From positions 1 through 64,000 of the forward strand of contig JANRKO010000074.1 in assembly GCA_033763455.1 (NCBI GenBank): a stretch of 64,000 nt of DNA, read 5' to 3'. Of this stretch, positions 18,536-27,672 are shown piece by piece. Numbering within the stretch: the stretch's first letter is position 1; each line of letters begins with the position of its first letter. Source of the stretch: Polyangiaceae bacterium (GTDB lineage Bacteria; Myxococcota_A; Polyangia; Polyangiales; Polyangiaceae). The position numbers were made by a program, and so were the translations under genes. The notes under the pieces were generated by a model. It saw only the letters and a list, made by a program, of their open reading frames with translations, did not search any database and had not been told where the DNA came from.

Positions 18536-20734
18536 ATGGCCTCTCGCTTAGGCAACGAGCTAGAGTCTCGGCTTGTGGCCATCACCCTGACCGGCGAAGT
18601 GGAACGCGTGACTTACGAAAGCGAGGAGACGAGCTTTCGAGTGATCCGTGTGGGGTCATTGGAGGGGGCGGATAAGGCGCTGGGTTCTGTTTCGGTGGTG
18701 GGAACTTTTCAGGCCGTGGGTCCCGGCACACAAGTGCGCGTTACTGGGAGCTTTGTGGAAGATGCGCGTCACGGTCGCCAGTTTCAGGTGAAGTCTTTGG
18801 TGGCTATTGCGCCCAATACCCAAAAAGGCATCGAAAAGTATCTCAGCTCCGGTTTGATACCCGGCATCGGCCCAGTAATAGCCAAACGCATCGTCGAAAA
18901 GTTTGGAGCCGAGACGCTCAAGGTGCTCGATGTAGATCCTCAACGCCTGCGCGAGGTGCCGGGGCTTGGCCAGAAGCGTGTCGAAGACATTCAGAAGAGT
19001 TGGACCTCGCAACGTGCGATTTCCAATCTCATGCTGCTCTTGCAGTCACACGGGGTATCTACAGCGCTCGCCACTCGCATCTGGAAGCACTATGGGGACA
19101 AATCGGCTTCTATTGTGCAAGGTTCTCCATACCGCCTCGCGCTACAGGTGCGTGGGGTAGGCTTCAAAACAGCGGACAAGATAGCTCAATCTTTGGGCAT
19201 CGTGCGGGATCACCCCGAGCGCGCTCAAGCGGGGCTAATGCACGAGCTCGATGCCTTGGTTGAAAATGGGCATACGTTCGTAGAGCGCGCCTTCTTGGTA
19301 GAGAAGGCCGCCGCCATGTTGGAAATCGATACCGGCCACGTGGAGGCAGCTGTCGATGCTTTGTGGGCGGAATCACGCTTGGTGGTCGAAGATTCGGCCG
19401 TTTTCCCTGTCCGCCTGCACCAGGCCGAAGTAGCTATTTCAGAGCATATTTGCCGTTTGATGGCCGCCAAGGCTCCCGCACTCCCGGGCGTGGAGAAGCT
19501 CCTCTTCGAATACCAAAAAACGCGCAACATTACGTTGGCTGAGGCGCAGCAGAGCGCCGTGAAGCTCGTAGCCGAGAACAAAGTGTGCATCATTACCGGT
19601 GGGCCCGGTGTCGGTAAGACGACCATTATTCGTGCCGTCTTAGCCGTGCTTAGTAAGGCGCGGCTCAAAGTCCGACTCGCGGCTCCCACCGGGCGGGCTG
19701 CGAAGAGGTTGTCTGAAGCCACCGGCGAAGTAGCAATTACGTTGCATCGGCTGTTGGAGTTTGAGCCGAGGCTGGGGCGCTTCCAGCGTCATGTGAACAA
19801 CCCGATCGAAGCCGAAGCGATCATTGTGGACGAAGCTTCCATGATCGATACGTTCCTGGCAGCCGCTTTAATGGAGGCCGTGGCGGATAACGCTCGCTTG
19901 GTTATTGTGGGTGATGCTGATCAGCTGCAATCGGTAGGGCCGGGCGCCGTCTTACGCGATCTATTGGCGACGCCTAAGCTGCCTCGTTCCATGTTGCACG
20001 AGATCTTTCGGCAAGCGCAAACGAGCCGCATCGTGCAAAACGCGCACCGAATCCTAGGGGGTGATACCCCGGAGAGTGCGCCGGCAGACGAGAAGAATGC
20101 GGATTTTTTCGTGATTTCAAGGAGTGACGCCGAGCAAGCTGCCCAATTGATAGCGGAGCTTGTAACCAAGCGTATTCCTAATCACTTTGGCTTGGATCCA
20201 AGAAATGACATTCGCGTATTAACTCCTATGCATCGCGGCCCGGTTGGGACCACGCGCCTCAATGAGCTCCTGCAATCGCTCCTCAATCCAGGCGGCCCAG
20301 CGCTCGCGGTGCGTGGCCAAGAGCTACGCCTGGGCGACAAAGTGATGCAGGTAAAGAACGACTATCAGAAGGAGGTTTTCAATGGAGATCTCGGAAGCAT
20401 TATCGAGGTAGATGCCGAGGGCGGGTCGCTGGTTGTCGACTTTGAAGGGAGCCGGGTTCGCTACGAAGGGCAAGAGATAGAATCTCTCACGTTGGCGTAT
20501 GCTACGAGTATTCATAAGAGCCAAGGAAGCGAATACGCGGCCGTGGTGATCCCACTCACGACGTCGCATTATCTGCTCCTATCTCGCAATTTGCTCTACA
20601 CGGCGGTCACGCGTGCAAAAAAATTGTGCGTGGTGGTGGCGGATCCTCGCGCCATGAAGATGGCGCTATCCGAAGTGCGTACGGGTGAGCGGCAAACACG
20701 CTTGGCTTGGCGCTTGGATCAAGCTCTCAGGTGA
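18536..20734 (+). CDS. recD2: ATP-dependent RecD-like (RecD2) DNA helicase
   Basis: HhH motifs IPGIGP/VPGLG/VRGVGF, GGPGVGKT, APTGRAA, DEASM, GDADQL, LAYATSIHKSQGSE and YTAVTRA. Start is ATG 18536 or GTG 18575. Confidence 0.93.
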   Translation: MASRLGNELESRLVAITLTGEVERVTYESEETSFRVIRVGSLEGADKALGSVSVVGTFQAVGPGTQVRVTGSFVEDARHGRQFQVKSLVAIAPNTQKGIEKYLSSGLIPGIGPVIAKRIVEKFGAETLKVLDVDPQRLREVPGLGQKRVEDIQKSWTSQRAISNLMLLLQSHGVSTALATRIWKHYGDKSASIVQGSPYRLALQVRGVGFKTADKIAQSLGIVRDHPERAQAGLMHELDALVENGHTFVERAFLVEKAAAMLEIDTGHVEAAVDALWAESRLVVEDSAVFPVRLHQAEVAISEHICRLMAAKAPALPGVEKLLFEYQKTRNITLAEAQQSAVKLVAENKVCIITGGPGVGKTTIIRAVLAVLSKARLKVRLAAPTGRAAKRLSEATGEVAITLHRLLEFEPRLGRFQRHVNNPIEAEAIIVDEASMIDTFLAAALMEAVADNARLVIVGDADQLQSVGPGAVLRDLLATPKLPRSMLHEIFRQAQTSRIVQNAHRILGGDTPESAPADEKNADFFVISRSDAEQAAQLIAELVTKRIPNHFGLDPRNDIRVLTPMHRGPVGTTRLNELLQSLLNPGGPALAVRGQELRLGDKVMQVKNDYQKEVFNGDLGSIIEVDAEGGSLVVDFEGSRVRYEGQEIESLTLAYATSIHKSQGSEYAAVVIPLTTSHYLLLSRNLLYTAVTRAKKLCVVVADPRAMKMALSEVRTGERQTRLAWRLDQALR

Positions 20735-21525
20735 AATGAGCGTTGCGCCGCCCGAGCCGCCGGTGTTTCTGGATTCGCTAGGATGCAATCTAGCCCAAGT
20801 GGCAAAGCTTGCTCCAAATAGGCTCGTTGAGCTTCGGCTCGGAGTGCCTTGGGCGTGCACGCGGTAAGGTTGCTGAGGCCCACGATGCGGTGCGTTCCGC
20901 GAAGTTCGGGCGCTTCGGAGAGCTTTTTCAGTAGTTCTAAGCTGCGAGGGATGAGGCCGAGCGGGTCGTGCCCCAATACGCCGAGCCCGGGGTCGAAGAA
21001 GATGTCGTCTGGGGTGAGCCCCGCGTGCTGGAGTTCTTGGGCGAACCTTAAGCAAGTATCGAGAGCAGCCTCGGTGCTGTTCACAGATGTTTCAGACCCC
21101 ATCAGTCCATCGGCAGCCATCACAATAACTTTGGGCTTGAAGCGTTCGATGAGCGCGAACCACGCATCAAGGTGAGGGCGCGTCTTTGCGATCGAATTGA
21201 GCAATGGCGCAGGGGAGCGAGTGCGATCGTAATGAGTGAGTGCAATGCGCTGAAGCTCAAGATCGGTCGAATCAAACCCGAGCGGCGTCGTGGTGGTTGC
21301 TTGGAGTGTGGAGATAATGCGCGGCAAGCGTCGCCGAGCGTCCTCTGGGTCCACGGCGAACGTCGACGTGCTTCCCAGGTTCACGTTGAGGTAGCGTGCT
21401 CCAAGCCGCGCCTGATGCTTGGCCAGCTCGGCATACAGTTGGTCGCTCTGTTCCGTCCAGGCTCGCCGCGCGCGCGCATACGCATGGTTGAGCAACTCTC
21501 CAACAATGAGCGGGGGCCCAGGCAC
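20719..21525 (-). CDS. Stand-alone pterin-binding TIM-barrel protein (AcsE/MetH methyltetrahydrofolate-binding-like)
   Basis: LIVGELLN, YLNVN, FDST, LLNSI, IFFDPG and VGLSNL match the pterin-binding family. The ORF-track ATG at 21675 lies inside a palindrome, so the start was moved to GTG 21525. Confidence 0.75.
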   Translation of the reverse strand: MPGPPLIVGELLNHAYARARRAWTEQSDQLYAELAKHQARLGARYLNVNLGSTSTFAVDPEDARRRLPRIISTLQATTTTPLGFDSTDLELQRIALTHYDRTRSPAPLLNSIAKTRPHLDAWFALIERFKPKVIVMAADGLMGSETSVNSTEAALDTCLRFAQELQHAGLTPDDIFFDPGLGVLGHDPLGLIPRSLELLKKLSEAPELRGTHRIVGLSNLTACTPKALRAEAQRAYLEQALPLGLDCILANPETPAARAAQRSFHLRA

Positions 21526-21656
21526 GATTGCGACCAGCTTACCCCGCAAAAGTGCCAGCAAGCCCAGAGAACGCCCCAAAGACCTGAGTTGCTGGGCGTT
21601 AGCTTGCCCGGTGCCAACAACGCACACGTTCGCGCTCGGGTTAGGGGTTCGAGTTA

Positions 21657-21692
21657 AGAACGAAGTCCTTAGCATGCTAAGTACTTCGTTCT
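21657..21692. promoter_or_regulatory. 36 bp near-perfect palindrome centred on CTTAGCATGCTAAG (dispersed motif, copy 1)
   Basis: AGAACGAAGTC-CTTAGCATGCTAAG-TACTTCGTTCT with one mismatched pair. Function is inferred only. Confidence 0.6.
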
Positions 21693-21796
21693 ACGCTGGG
21701 ACCCCGTGCGCGGAGGTTTCGCACGCGGAGGTGCTGCGATTTACCCCGTTGCTCCGCACGCGCTGGCGAGAGAACCCAAACTCGGCCGCGAGGTTT

Positions 21797-23437
21797 TCAC
21801 TCGGGGATCTTGAAGCCCTTGGAGACGGTGACAGGTGCTCCGCTGAAGGCGGGGACGCGGGCTTTTCTGAACAAGCCACTCACGCAATTGCTGGCGAAGC
21901 CGGATATCCCGGAGATGGTGACGCTCGAAACTCCACCGCTCGGTGAGAACGTAACCGTTGCTTTCCCGCTTCCACCTTGGCCACTCTTCTTACAGCTCGG
22001 CGCTTGACCTGCAGCTGCTGCGAGCGCGGCTTTTGCTGCGCCGACATTAAACGTGGACCCACCTCCTGCTGAGGACGCTTCCTCCACTTTGGGTTTTCCG
22101 GCCTTCGGCGATGCCGCAGCTGCTGTTGCCGCTGGGCTCGTGGTGCTGGCCCTATCGCCGCCGCCCGGGGCCGCGGCTTTGGTGGTGCCAGAGCTCGGCG
22201 CGGCGGTTCCGGCGGAACCCTTGGCCTCTTCAGCTTTCTTCTCTTCGTCGGCTTTGGCTTTGGCCTCTTCGGATGCCTTGTTCGCACTGTCGCCGGCGTT
22301 GCTTGCTGAAGCTTCCCCACTTTCAGCGGTGGGGCTCTCACTCTTGCCTCCGAACATGGCGAAGGCGCCGCCAGCAACAGCCACTACTGCAACGCCTGCA
22401 ATGACCCAAATCAGCGGGCTCTTCTTCTTCTGTGGCATGGGCGCCACATCAAAGGCGGCGGGCGCGCCCGGTCGAGCAATCGGCGCCGATGGCGGGGGTG
22501 CGGCCGCGGGGGCTGTGAGGAGGGCGTGGGCGTCGGGCGTGAATAGCGAACCGCCGCCGCCAAACCCTCCGAGACCGCCACCACCACTGCCAAGGTTCCC
22601 GAGGCCAAACGGATCGTCAGACTTGACTTTGCTGGGGGCTGGGGGCGCGGTGCTTTGACGCTTCAAGGCATCCAGGGAAAAGAGAACCGAGCTTTCGTTG
22701 CGCGAGCCGGTAGCGTCTGAAGAATTGCTGACTTGCGGTGCGGGGGCCGTTGCGATTTCCTCTTCGGCAGCACCGGCAGTGCTGAAAAGATCTTTAGTGT
22801 TGGAGATGCGGGGCCGCGGCAACGTGGAGGCTCTTGCCGGTGACTGGGGCAGCGTGGAGATCCTGCCCGGCGCCTGCGGGAGTGCCCCTTTGCCCGCAGG
22901 TGCTGCCGCAGCAGCGGGCGTGGCAGCAGCGGGGGATGCTGGGAAAGCTGCTGGCGCCGGGGGGAACGCTGCGGGCTGGGCCGCTGCTTGAACACCGGCG
23001 GCGGCCGGCCTGGGGATGCCTGCGGCTACAGGTTTCGGAGCAGGAGCGGGCGCTCGGAGCGACTGAAATTCAGGGACATCCAGGAGGGGCTTCCAATCAT
23101 CCATGCCCTCTTTCCAAATGAAGGTAGCATCGTTGAATTGCCCGTTCTTAAACGCCGAGATGATCTGATCGGCTGTCATCTCACGCTGGTCGTCGTCCGT
23201 AATGCTCACCGACCACATCACGCCATCGCCCACGAACGGCGAAAGCTCGCTGCCATCCAGGGTTTTCGGATCCGGAACAACGTTGCCAATCTCCACGCCG
23301 GCTTCAGCGTTGAACGCCGTGCCATCCACCACGATCGTGGTACTGCACGACTTGCAGCGCACCTTTACCTTGCGGCCTTGCACCTTGTTGTCTGCGATCG
23401 CGTATTTGGCTCCACAAGACTGGCAATTGACGTTCAT
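21797..23437 (-). CDS. Zinc-ribbon (MJ0042) + GYF_2 + TM + TonB-C-like protein, GltJ/AgmX family
   Basis: CQSC...CKSC ribbon, IWKEGMDDWKPL GYF_2 motif, RNESSVLFSL motif, TM helix and C-terminal ATVTFSPSGGVSSVTI...CV...VPAF. Confidence 0.85.
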   Translation of the reverse strand: MNVNCQSCGAKYAIADNKVQGRKVKVRCKSCSTTIVVDGTAFNAEAGVEIGNVVPDPKTLDGSELSPFVGDGVMWSVSITDDDQREMTADQIISAFKNGQFNDATFIWKEGMDDWKPLLDVPEFQSLRAPAPAPKPVAAGIPRPAAAGVQAAAQPAAFPPAPAAFPASPAAATPAAAAAPAGKGALPQAPGRISTLPQSPARASTLPRPRISNTKDLFSTAGAAEEEIATAPAPQVSNSSDATGSRNESSVLFSLDALKRQSTAPPAPSKVKSDDPFGLGNLGSGGGGLGGFGGGGSLFTPDAHALLTAPAAAPPPSAPIARPGAPAAFDVAPMPQKKKSPLIWVIAGVAVVAVAGGAFAMFGGKSESPTAESGEASASNAGDSANKASEEAKAKADEEKKAEEAKGSAGTAAPSSGTTKAAAPGGGDRASTTSPAATAAAASPKAGKPKVEEASSAGGGSTFNVGAAKAALAAAAGQAPSCKKSGQGGSGKATVTFSPSGGVSSVTISGISGFASNCVSGLFRKARVPAFSGAPVTVSKGFKIPE

Positions 23438-23519
23438 AAGCTAGGCGGGCTCCCGGGCGGCTTGTTCGCAGACGACCTTAACAAATCTGAGCGGCAAATC
23501 ATCGGAGAAGCTCGCCGGC

Positions 23520-24800
23520 TTAGTTCAGAGGAACGAGGGAGGCGCCGTCAGTGCCGCAGAATACGGCTTCGGCGGGGTACTGCGTTCCGCAGAGTGGGCA
23601 AATCTTCCGAGTGATTTGGGGGCGGAGAGATTGGGGCCGGGGAGGGCCTGGGGCTGGCGCGGGCGCTGGGGCGCCCTTCTTTCTCAGGAACAGCAAAGCA
23701 GCCGCGAGTGCCAAAAGGCCAAGCGCGAGCGCACCTACAATCACCGCAAACCGCGTCTTCTTATCGTTGGCTTCCTGGCTCGTGGAGGACTCAGCACCGA
23801 TAGCGCCCTGTGGGATCGTTGCCTCGGCTGTTTTTTGGGATTCGCCCTGCGCGTTAAATGTGCCCTGCTGGAGCAAGGCCTCATAGCGCTCCGCGGAAGC
23901 CACTTCGATGAACACCTGAATCGACTTCTGTTCGGCGCGTACGAGCAGCGGGACTTCCTGCTCGCGCGCGTTGGCATCCACATGCACCGTACCGGGCGGG
24001 CCTTGGTGGACCCCTTCGGCTTTGCCCAACTCCCAGCGGATGGGCACATTCACCGCACAGCCGTTCTTATCCAGCACGCGTGCGCTGAAACGGAAATGTT
24101 CGCCTGCGCGGATGAGCTTCCTTTCGGGGCGAACCTCGAGCCGTGCGGGCGCTCCCACTTCGGTACAGCGCTTTTCGACGGGCACAGGCGCGCTGGGCTC
24201 GGTCACCGGATCTGGGATGGGCGCCGCTTCTGGCTTGAATTTGGGCTCCAATAGCCGATAGCTGCGTGTGCGCCGGACATTTGCCGTACAGATCTGTGAG
24301 TTGATGCTAAATCGATACTCACCTGTTTCGTTGAGCGTCAGGGTACTGTCCGTTGCTTGGATCGAAGTTGTTACCTTGGCCTGCCGTGGGTCAGTGGGGC
24401 TAGTGCGGCACACGGTTTTCCACGACCGGTCGCCGGCTGAGTGGGTTGCCGGCGCAAGGCCGGGAAACTGCTCCCAGCATTGTCGCGTCGAAAAGGACCG
24501 TCCAATGCCGGTAATCGAAAGCTCGGCACCTTGTTCCTCGACTTGCACCAGGCCGCCAGCCTGCGAGCTACCTTGCGGTTGCGGCCCACACGCTGCACCC
24601 CAAGCCTGCATGGTCCACACCTCGCTCAGAGGCCCAGCCTGCCAGCGGCCCGCAAGCTTGGATGGCTCTTGGGCGCGCCCTAGTGACGTGTAGCTCACCG
24701 ACCCCGCGCCAATTAAAAGCCAGACAAACCCAAGAGCTCGCACGATGCCCCAATTAAACCAGAGCCAGGCAAATCCCCAATGACCCAGTTTGCGCATCAC
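23520..24800 (-). CDS. Hypothetical single-pass membrane protein with C-terminal zinc ribbon
   Basis: N-terminal hydrophobic signal, beta-rich extracytoplasmic part, TM helix, Pro-rich linker and CPLC...FCGTDG ribbon. Confidence 0.75.
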   Translation of the reverse strand: MMRKLGHWGFAWLWFNWGIVRALGFVWLLIGAGSVSYTSLGRAQEPSKLAGRWQAGPLSEVWTMQAWGAACGPQPQGSSQAGGLVQVEEQGAELSITGIGRSFSTRQCWEQFPGLAPATHSAGDRSWKTVCRTSPTDPRQAKVTTSIQATDSTLTLNETGEYRFSINSQICTANVRRTRSYRLLEPKFKPEAAPIPDPVTEPSAPVPVEKRCTEVGAPARLEVRPERKLIRAGEHFRFSARVLDKNGCAVNVPIRWELGKAEGVHQGPPGTVHVDANAREQEVPLLVRAEQKSIQVFIEVASAERYEALLQQGTFNAQGESQKTAEATIPQGAIGAESSTSQEANDKKTRFAVIVGALALGLLALAAALLFLRKKGAPAPAPAPGPPRPQSLRPQITRKICPLCGTQYPAEAVFCGTDGASLVPLN

Positions 24801-24837
24801 CCAGGCCTGGGAGCCTGACTACCCCACCCCCGTCGCG

Positions 24838-24867
24838 TTGACAGCCTAATTTACCGGGTGGTAGCTT
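24838..24867 (+). promoter_or_regulatory. Putative sigma70 promoter for the TraB-like gene
   Basis: TTGACA-N18-TAGCTT with an extended -10 TG, about 65 bp upstream of ATG 24932. Confidence 0.5.
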
Positions 24868-24931
24868 GCCTGCCAGCGTTTGAGCGGGCTGCAGAATTTC
24901 CCTGCGCCAACAATCGGGAGAACTCAAAGAT

Positions 24932-26953
24932 ATGGTGGCATGCACCCGGGGTGGCAAATGGGCATTGGCGTTGGGGGCGGCGCTAGTCGGTGTTTCGGGC
25001 TCAGCGATGGCGCAGACGCCCGAGAAGACTCGCGTCGGGGACTCGAACCCCGGCGGCATCGATACGCACTTGTTTCGTCCAGCGCTGGATTCCAAGGGCT
25101 TCTTCTCCACCAATGGCTCCGACATCATCGGCAACGGGGACGTGAGCTTTGGCCTCGTCTTGGATTACGGCAAGAACATCCTGCGCACCGCTGACGATAC
25201 GGTACCTGTAGACGCGATGGGCAGGCCTTGCGCCAAGGAAACGTGCATGTTTGCAGCCCAGCCTGGCACGGGCACCAAGGCACTCGCTCGTGATTCCTTC
25301 CAGGGTACGTTTAACTTCAATTACGGCGTCAAGAATCTTGCTGTTGTCGGCGTATCGGTGCCCGTTATCTTGATGACGGGTGATCGCGCTTACCAGATTG
25401 GCCCAAGCAACGGCCTTTACAATTCTGCAGCCCTTGATGCCGAGAAGATCGCTTCGTTGGCACTGCATGGCAAGCTGCGCATCCTACGAATTCAGGATGG
25501 AATTGGCCTGGCTGTAACAGCGCAGGTTGGAATTCCGGTTTCTGATTCACCGCGAGATCTCGGGGGAGATCCAGGCGTGTGGTATTGGCCGCAGGTGGCT
25601 CTTGAAAAGCAGTTTGGGTTTTCGCGGCGCTTTAAGATAGGCATCAATGGCGGCTATCGGGGGCACACCGGCGAAAATGCCGTGTTCGAAAATGACACTA
25701 CCGGCCAGCCACAGCTGAAAGAGGGCGTACTTCAATACGGCAACCTGGCAACCTACGGCGCCGGTGTTTCTTGGCGTGCGGTGAACGCGTTGGATTTGGT
25801 GGGAGAAACGTACGGCACATTTCTCATCGGCACGGCATCCGATCAGAAGCAACAGCTGAGCCAGGAGGCCGTAGGAGGCATCAAGCTCTTCGTCGAGAAG
25901 AACAGCTACCTGATGATGGGTGCTGGCTCCAAGTTAACGAAAGGTTTTGAAACCGCCGATTTGCGCATGATCCTCGGTTTCGTGTTCGAGCCCTCGATTG
26001 GCGATCGAGATGGGGACGGCTACAAAGACGATCAAGATGCTTGCCCGGATAATCCGGAAGATTTTGACGACTTCGAGGATGGGGATGGTTGCCCCGATCC
26101 GGACAACGACAAAGACGGGATCCCCGATGTGGATGATCGTTGCCCGAACGTCCCCGAAGACAAAGACGGCGACGAAGACGACGACGGCTGCCCGGAGAGC
26201 AAGCTCGTGGGTGACCGTGATGGCGACGGCATTGCGGACAATATCGACCGTTGCCCCGACCAAGCCGAAGATCGGGACGGCTTCGAAGATAAAGACGGTT
26301 GCCCGGATCCGGACAACGACAAAGACGGCATTTTGGACGTGGACGATCAGTGCCCCGACGATCCTGAAGACAAAGATGGCTTCGAGGATACTGACGGCTG
26401 CCCCGATCCAGACAACGACAAGGATCGTATCTTAGACGCTCAAGATGAGTGCCCGACCGATCCTGAAACCTACAATGGCACGGACGATAAAGATGGTTGT
26501 CCGGATAAAGGCCTTGTAGTCGTGGAAGGCAACGACATCATGATCCTGCAGAAGGTTCAGTTCGCTACCGGTAGCGCCAAGATCTTGCCTGCGTCCGACG
26601 CTATTCTGGACGCCGTTACGGCAACGCTCAAAGGCCACCCTGAGTTCATCACCGTGGAGATCGCCGGGCATGCCGATGAGCGTTCCACCGATGAGTACAA
26701 CCTGCAGCTCACCAAGGCTCGTGCGGCTGCGGTGATGCAAGCGTTGGTGGGGCGAGGGATTGAGGCCAAGCGCTTGGTTTCCCAAGGTTACGGTGAATAT
26801 TGCCCCATTGACGACGCGAGCAATGAGCAAGCGTGGGAAAAGAATCGCCGCGTGGAGTTCAAGATCGTAAAGACCGAAGACGGCATGAGTTCGGCACCGC
26901 GCGGCTGCGAGCGGGCGCGTGGTGCGGGCGTGTTCCCGCCGCAGGTACAGTGA
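24932..26953 (+). CDS. OmpA-family outer membrane protein with beta-barrel and thrombospondin type 3 repeats (TraB-like architecture)
   Basis: Signal peptide, N-terminal barrel, D-rich DxDxDG...CPD repeats and an OmpA domain (VQFATGSA, IAGHAD, NLQLTKARA, GYGE, NRRVEF). Confidence 0.9.
   Translation: MVACTRGGKWALALGAALVGVSGSAMAQTPEKTRVGDSNPGGIDTHLFRPALDSKGFFSTNGSDIIGNGDVSFGLVLDYGKNILRTADDTVPVDAMGRPCAKETCMFAAQPGTGTKALARDSFQGTFNFNYGVKNLAVVGVSVPVILMTGDRAYQIGPSNGLYNSAALDAEKIASLALHGKLRILRIQDGIGLAVTAQVGIPVSDSPRDLGGDPGVWYWPQVALEKQFGFSRRFKIGINGGYRGHTGENAVFENDTTGQPQLKEGVLQYGNLATYGAGVSWRAVNALDLVGETYGTFLIGTASDQKQQLSQEAVGGIKLFVEKNSYLMMGAGSKLTKGFETADLRMILGFVFEPSIGDRDGDGYKDDQDACPDNPEDFDDFEDGDGCPDPDNDKDGIPDVDDRCPNVPEDKDGDEDDDGCPESKLVGDRDGDGIADNIDRCPDQAEDRDGFEDKDGCPDPDNDKDGILDVDDQCPDDPEDKDGFEDTDGCPDPDNDKDRILDAQDECPTDPETYNGTDDKDGCPDKGLVVVEGNDIMILQKVQFATGSAKILPASDAILDAVTATLKGHPEFITVEIAGHADERSTDEYNLQLTKARAAAVMQALVGRGIEAKRLVSQGYGEYCPIDDASNEQAWEKNRRVEFKIVKTEDGMSSAPRGCERARGAGVFPPQVQ
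26003..26506 (+). repeat. Coding TSP3 repeat block
   Basis: Repeated GGTTGCCC(G/C)GATCCGGACAACGACAAAGACGG units encoding DGCPDPDNDKDG. Confidence 0.85.
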
Positions 26954-26990
26954 AGTAGTGCTGGCTTGCTCCGCCCCTGGGCACCGTAAA

Positions 26991-27206
26991 GTGAGGAGAG
27001 CCCCCCATTGGGGCTGGCTCCTGCTGAGCGCATTCGGCGCGCTCAGCGGGGCTAGCCGAGCCCTTTCCGCTTGCTCACAGTTGAATGCGTTCGACCCTGT
27101 AGTGGGCGCGGGCACCGCTGGGGCGGGGGGGGATGCCGGGAGTGCGGGGGCTAGTGGGAGCGGTGGGGTTACTGACCGCGCAGGCGGTGCTGGCAGCGTC
27201 CCATAG
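26991..27206 (+). pseudogene. Possible truncated lipoprotein gene (signal, lipobox and Gly-rich linker only)
   Basis: WGWLLLSAFGA...LSAC followed by GAGTAGAGGDAGSAGASGSGG, then a stop. No folded domain follows. Confidence 0.45.
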
Positions 27207-27250
27207 GTGAGGTGTGTGCGCCTATGCGTGAAATTGTCGACGTTGCGGTG

Positions 27251-27413
27251 TCACAGCGCGACCGCAAAAACCAAATCGGTCGTTCGCCCCCGAGTTGGAG
27301 GCTTTGACGTAGGCCAGCGGACTCCAGGCTGTGCCCAAGCGCGCGAACACGTACACCGCTCCGCTACCACCTGCGCTGTTATTGGCCTGGTTACCGTTTA
27401 CGCCTCGTGCGTT
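27251..27413 (-). pseudogene. Relic of an FG-GAP (integrin alpha-like) repeat protein
   Basis: Manual translation gives NARGVNGNQANNSAGGSGAVYVFARLGTAWSPLAYVKASNSGANDRFGF, then a frameshift to AVAL*. No start codon, and an in-frame TAG lies just upstream. Confidence 0.8.
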
Positions 27414-27672
27414 GGTGTGAAGCTGCTACTGCCATTGAAGGCATTCAGCGCCTCATGACAGACCGCGGCCTCATGCTACGCCCCCCGCAGCGGGGACCGC
27501 CAGATCAATCAGGTTCACGATCGCTTGAAGTCGCCTCGTCGAAGGTCGTGCGGTGGTGACGACTTGAGCGCGAACACGGAGTGGCAAAAAAGAGCCGCTG
27601 ATCGCCTGAATCGGGAGAGTGTATTGCTCGCGACCCGGTGCGTGCGCTAAGTCGCGCCCCAGAGGTGCTTCG

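Noticed and set aside
21668..21681. CIRCE (HrcA) or parS identity for the dispersed palindrome
   Set aside because: It shares the TTAGCA/TGCTAA ends with CIRCE but lacks the CTC-N9-GAG middle. It does not resemble parS (TGTTNCACGTGAAACA).
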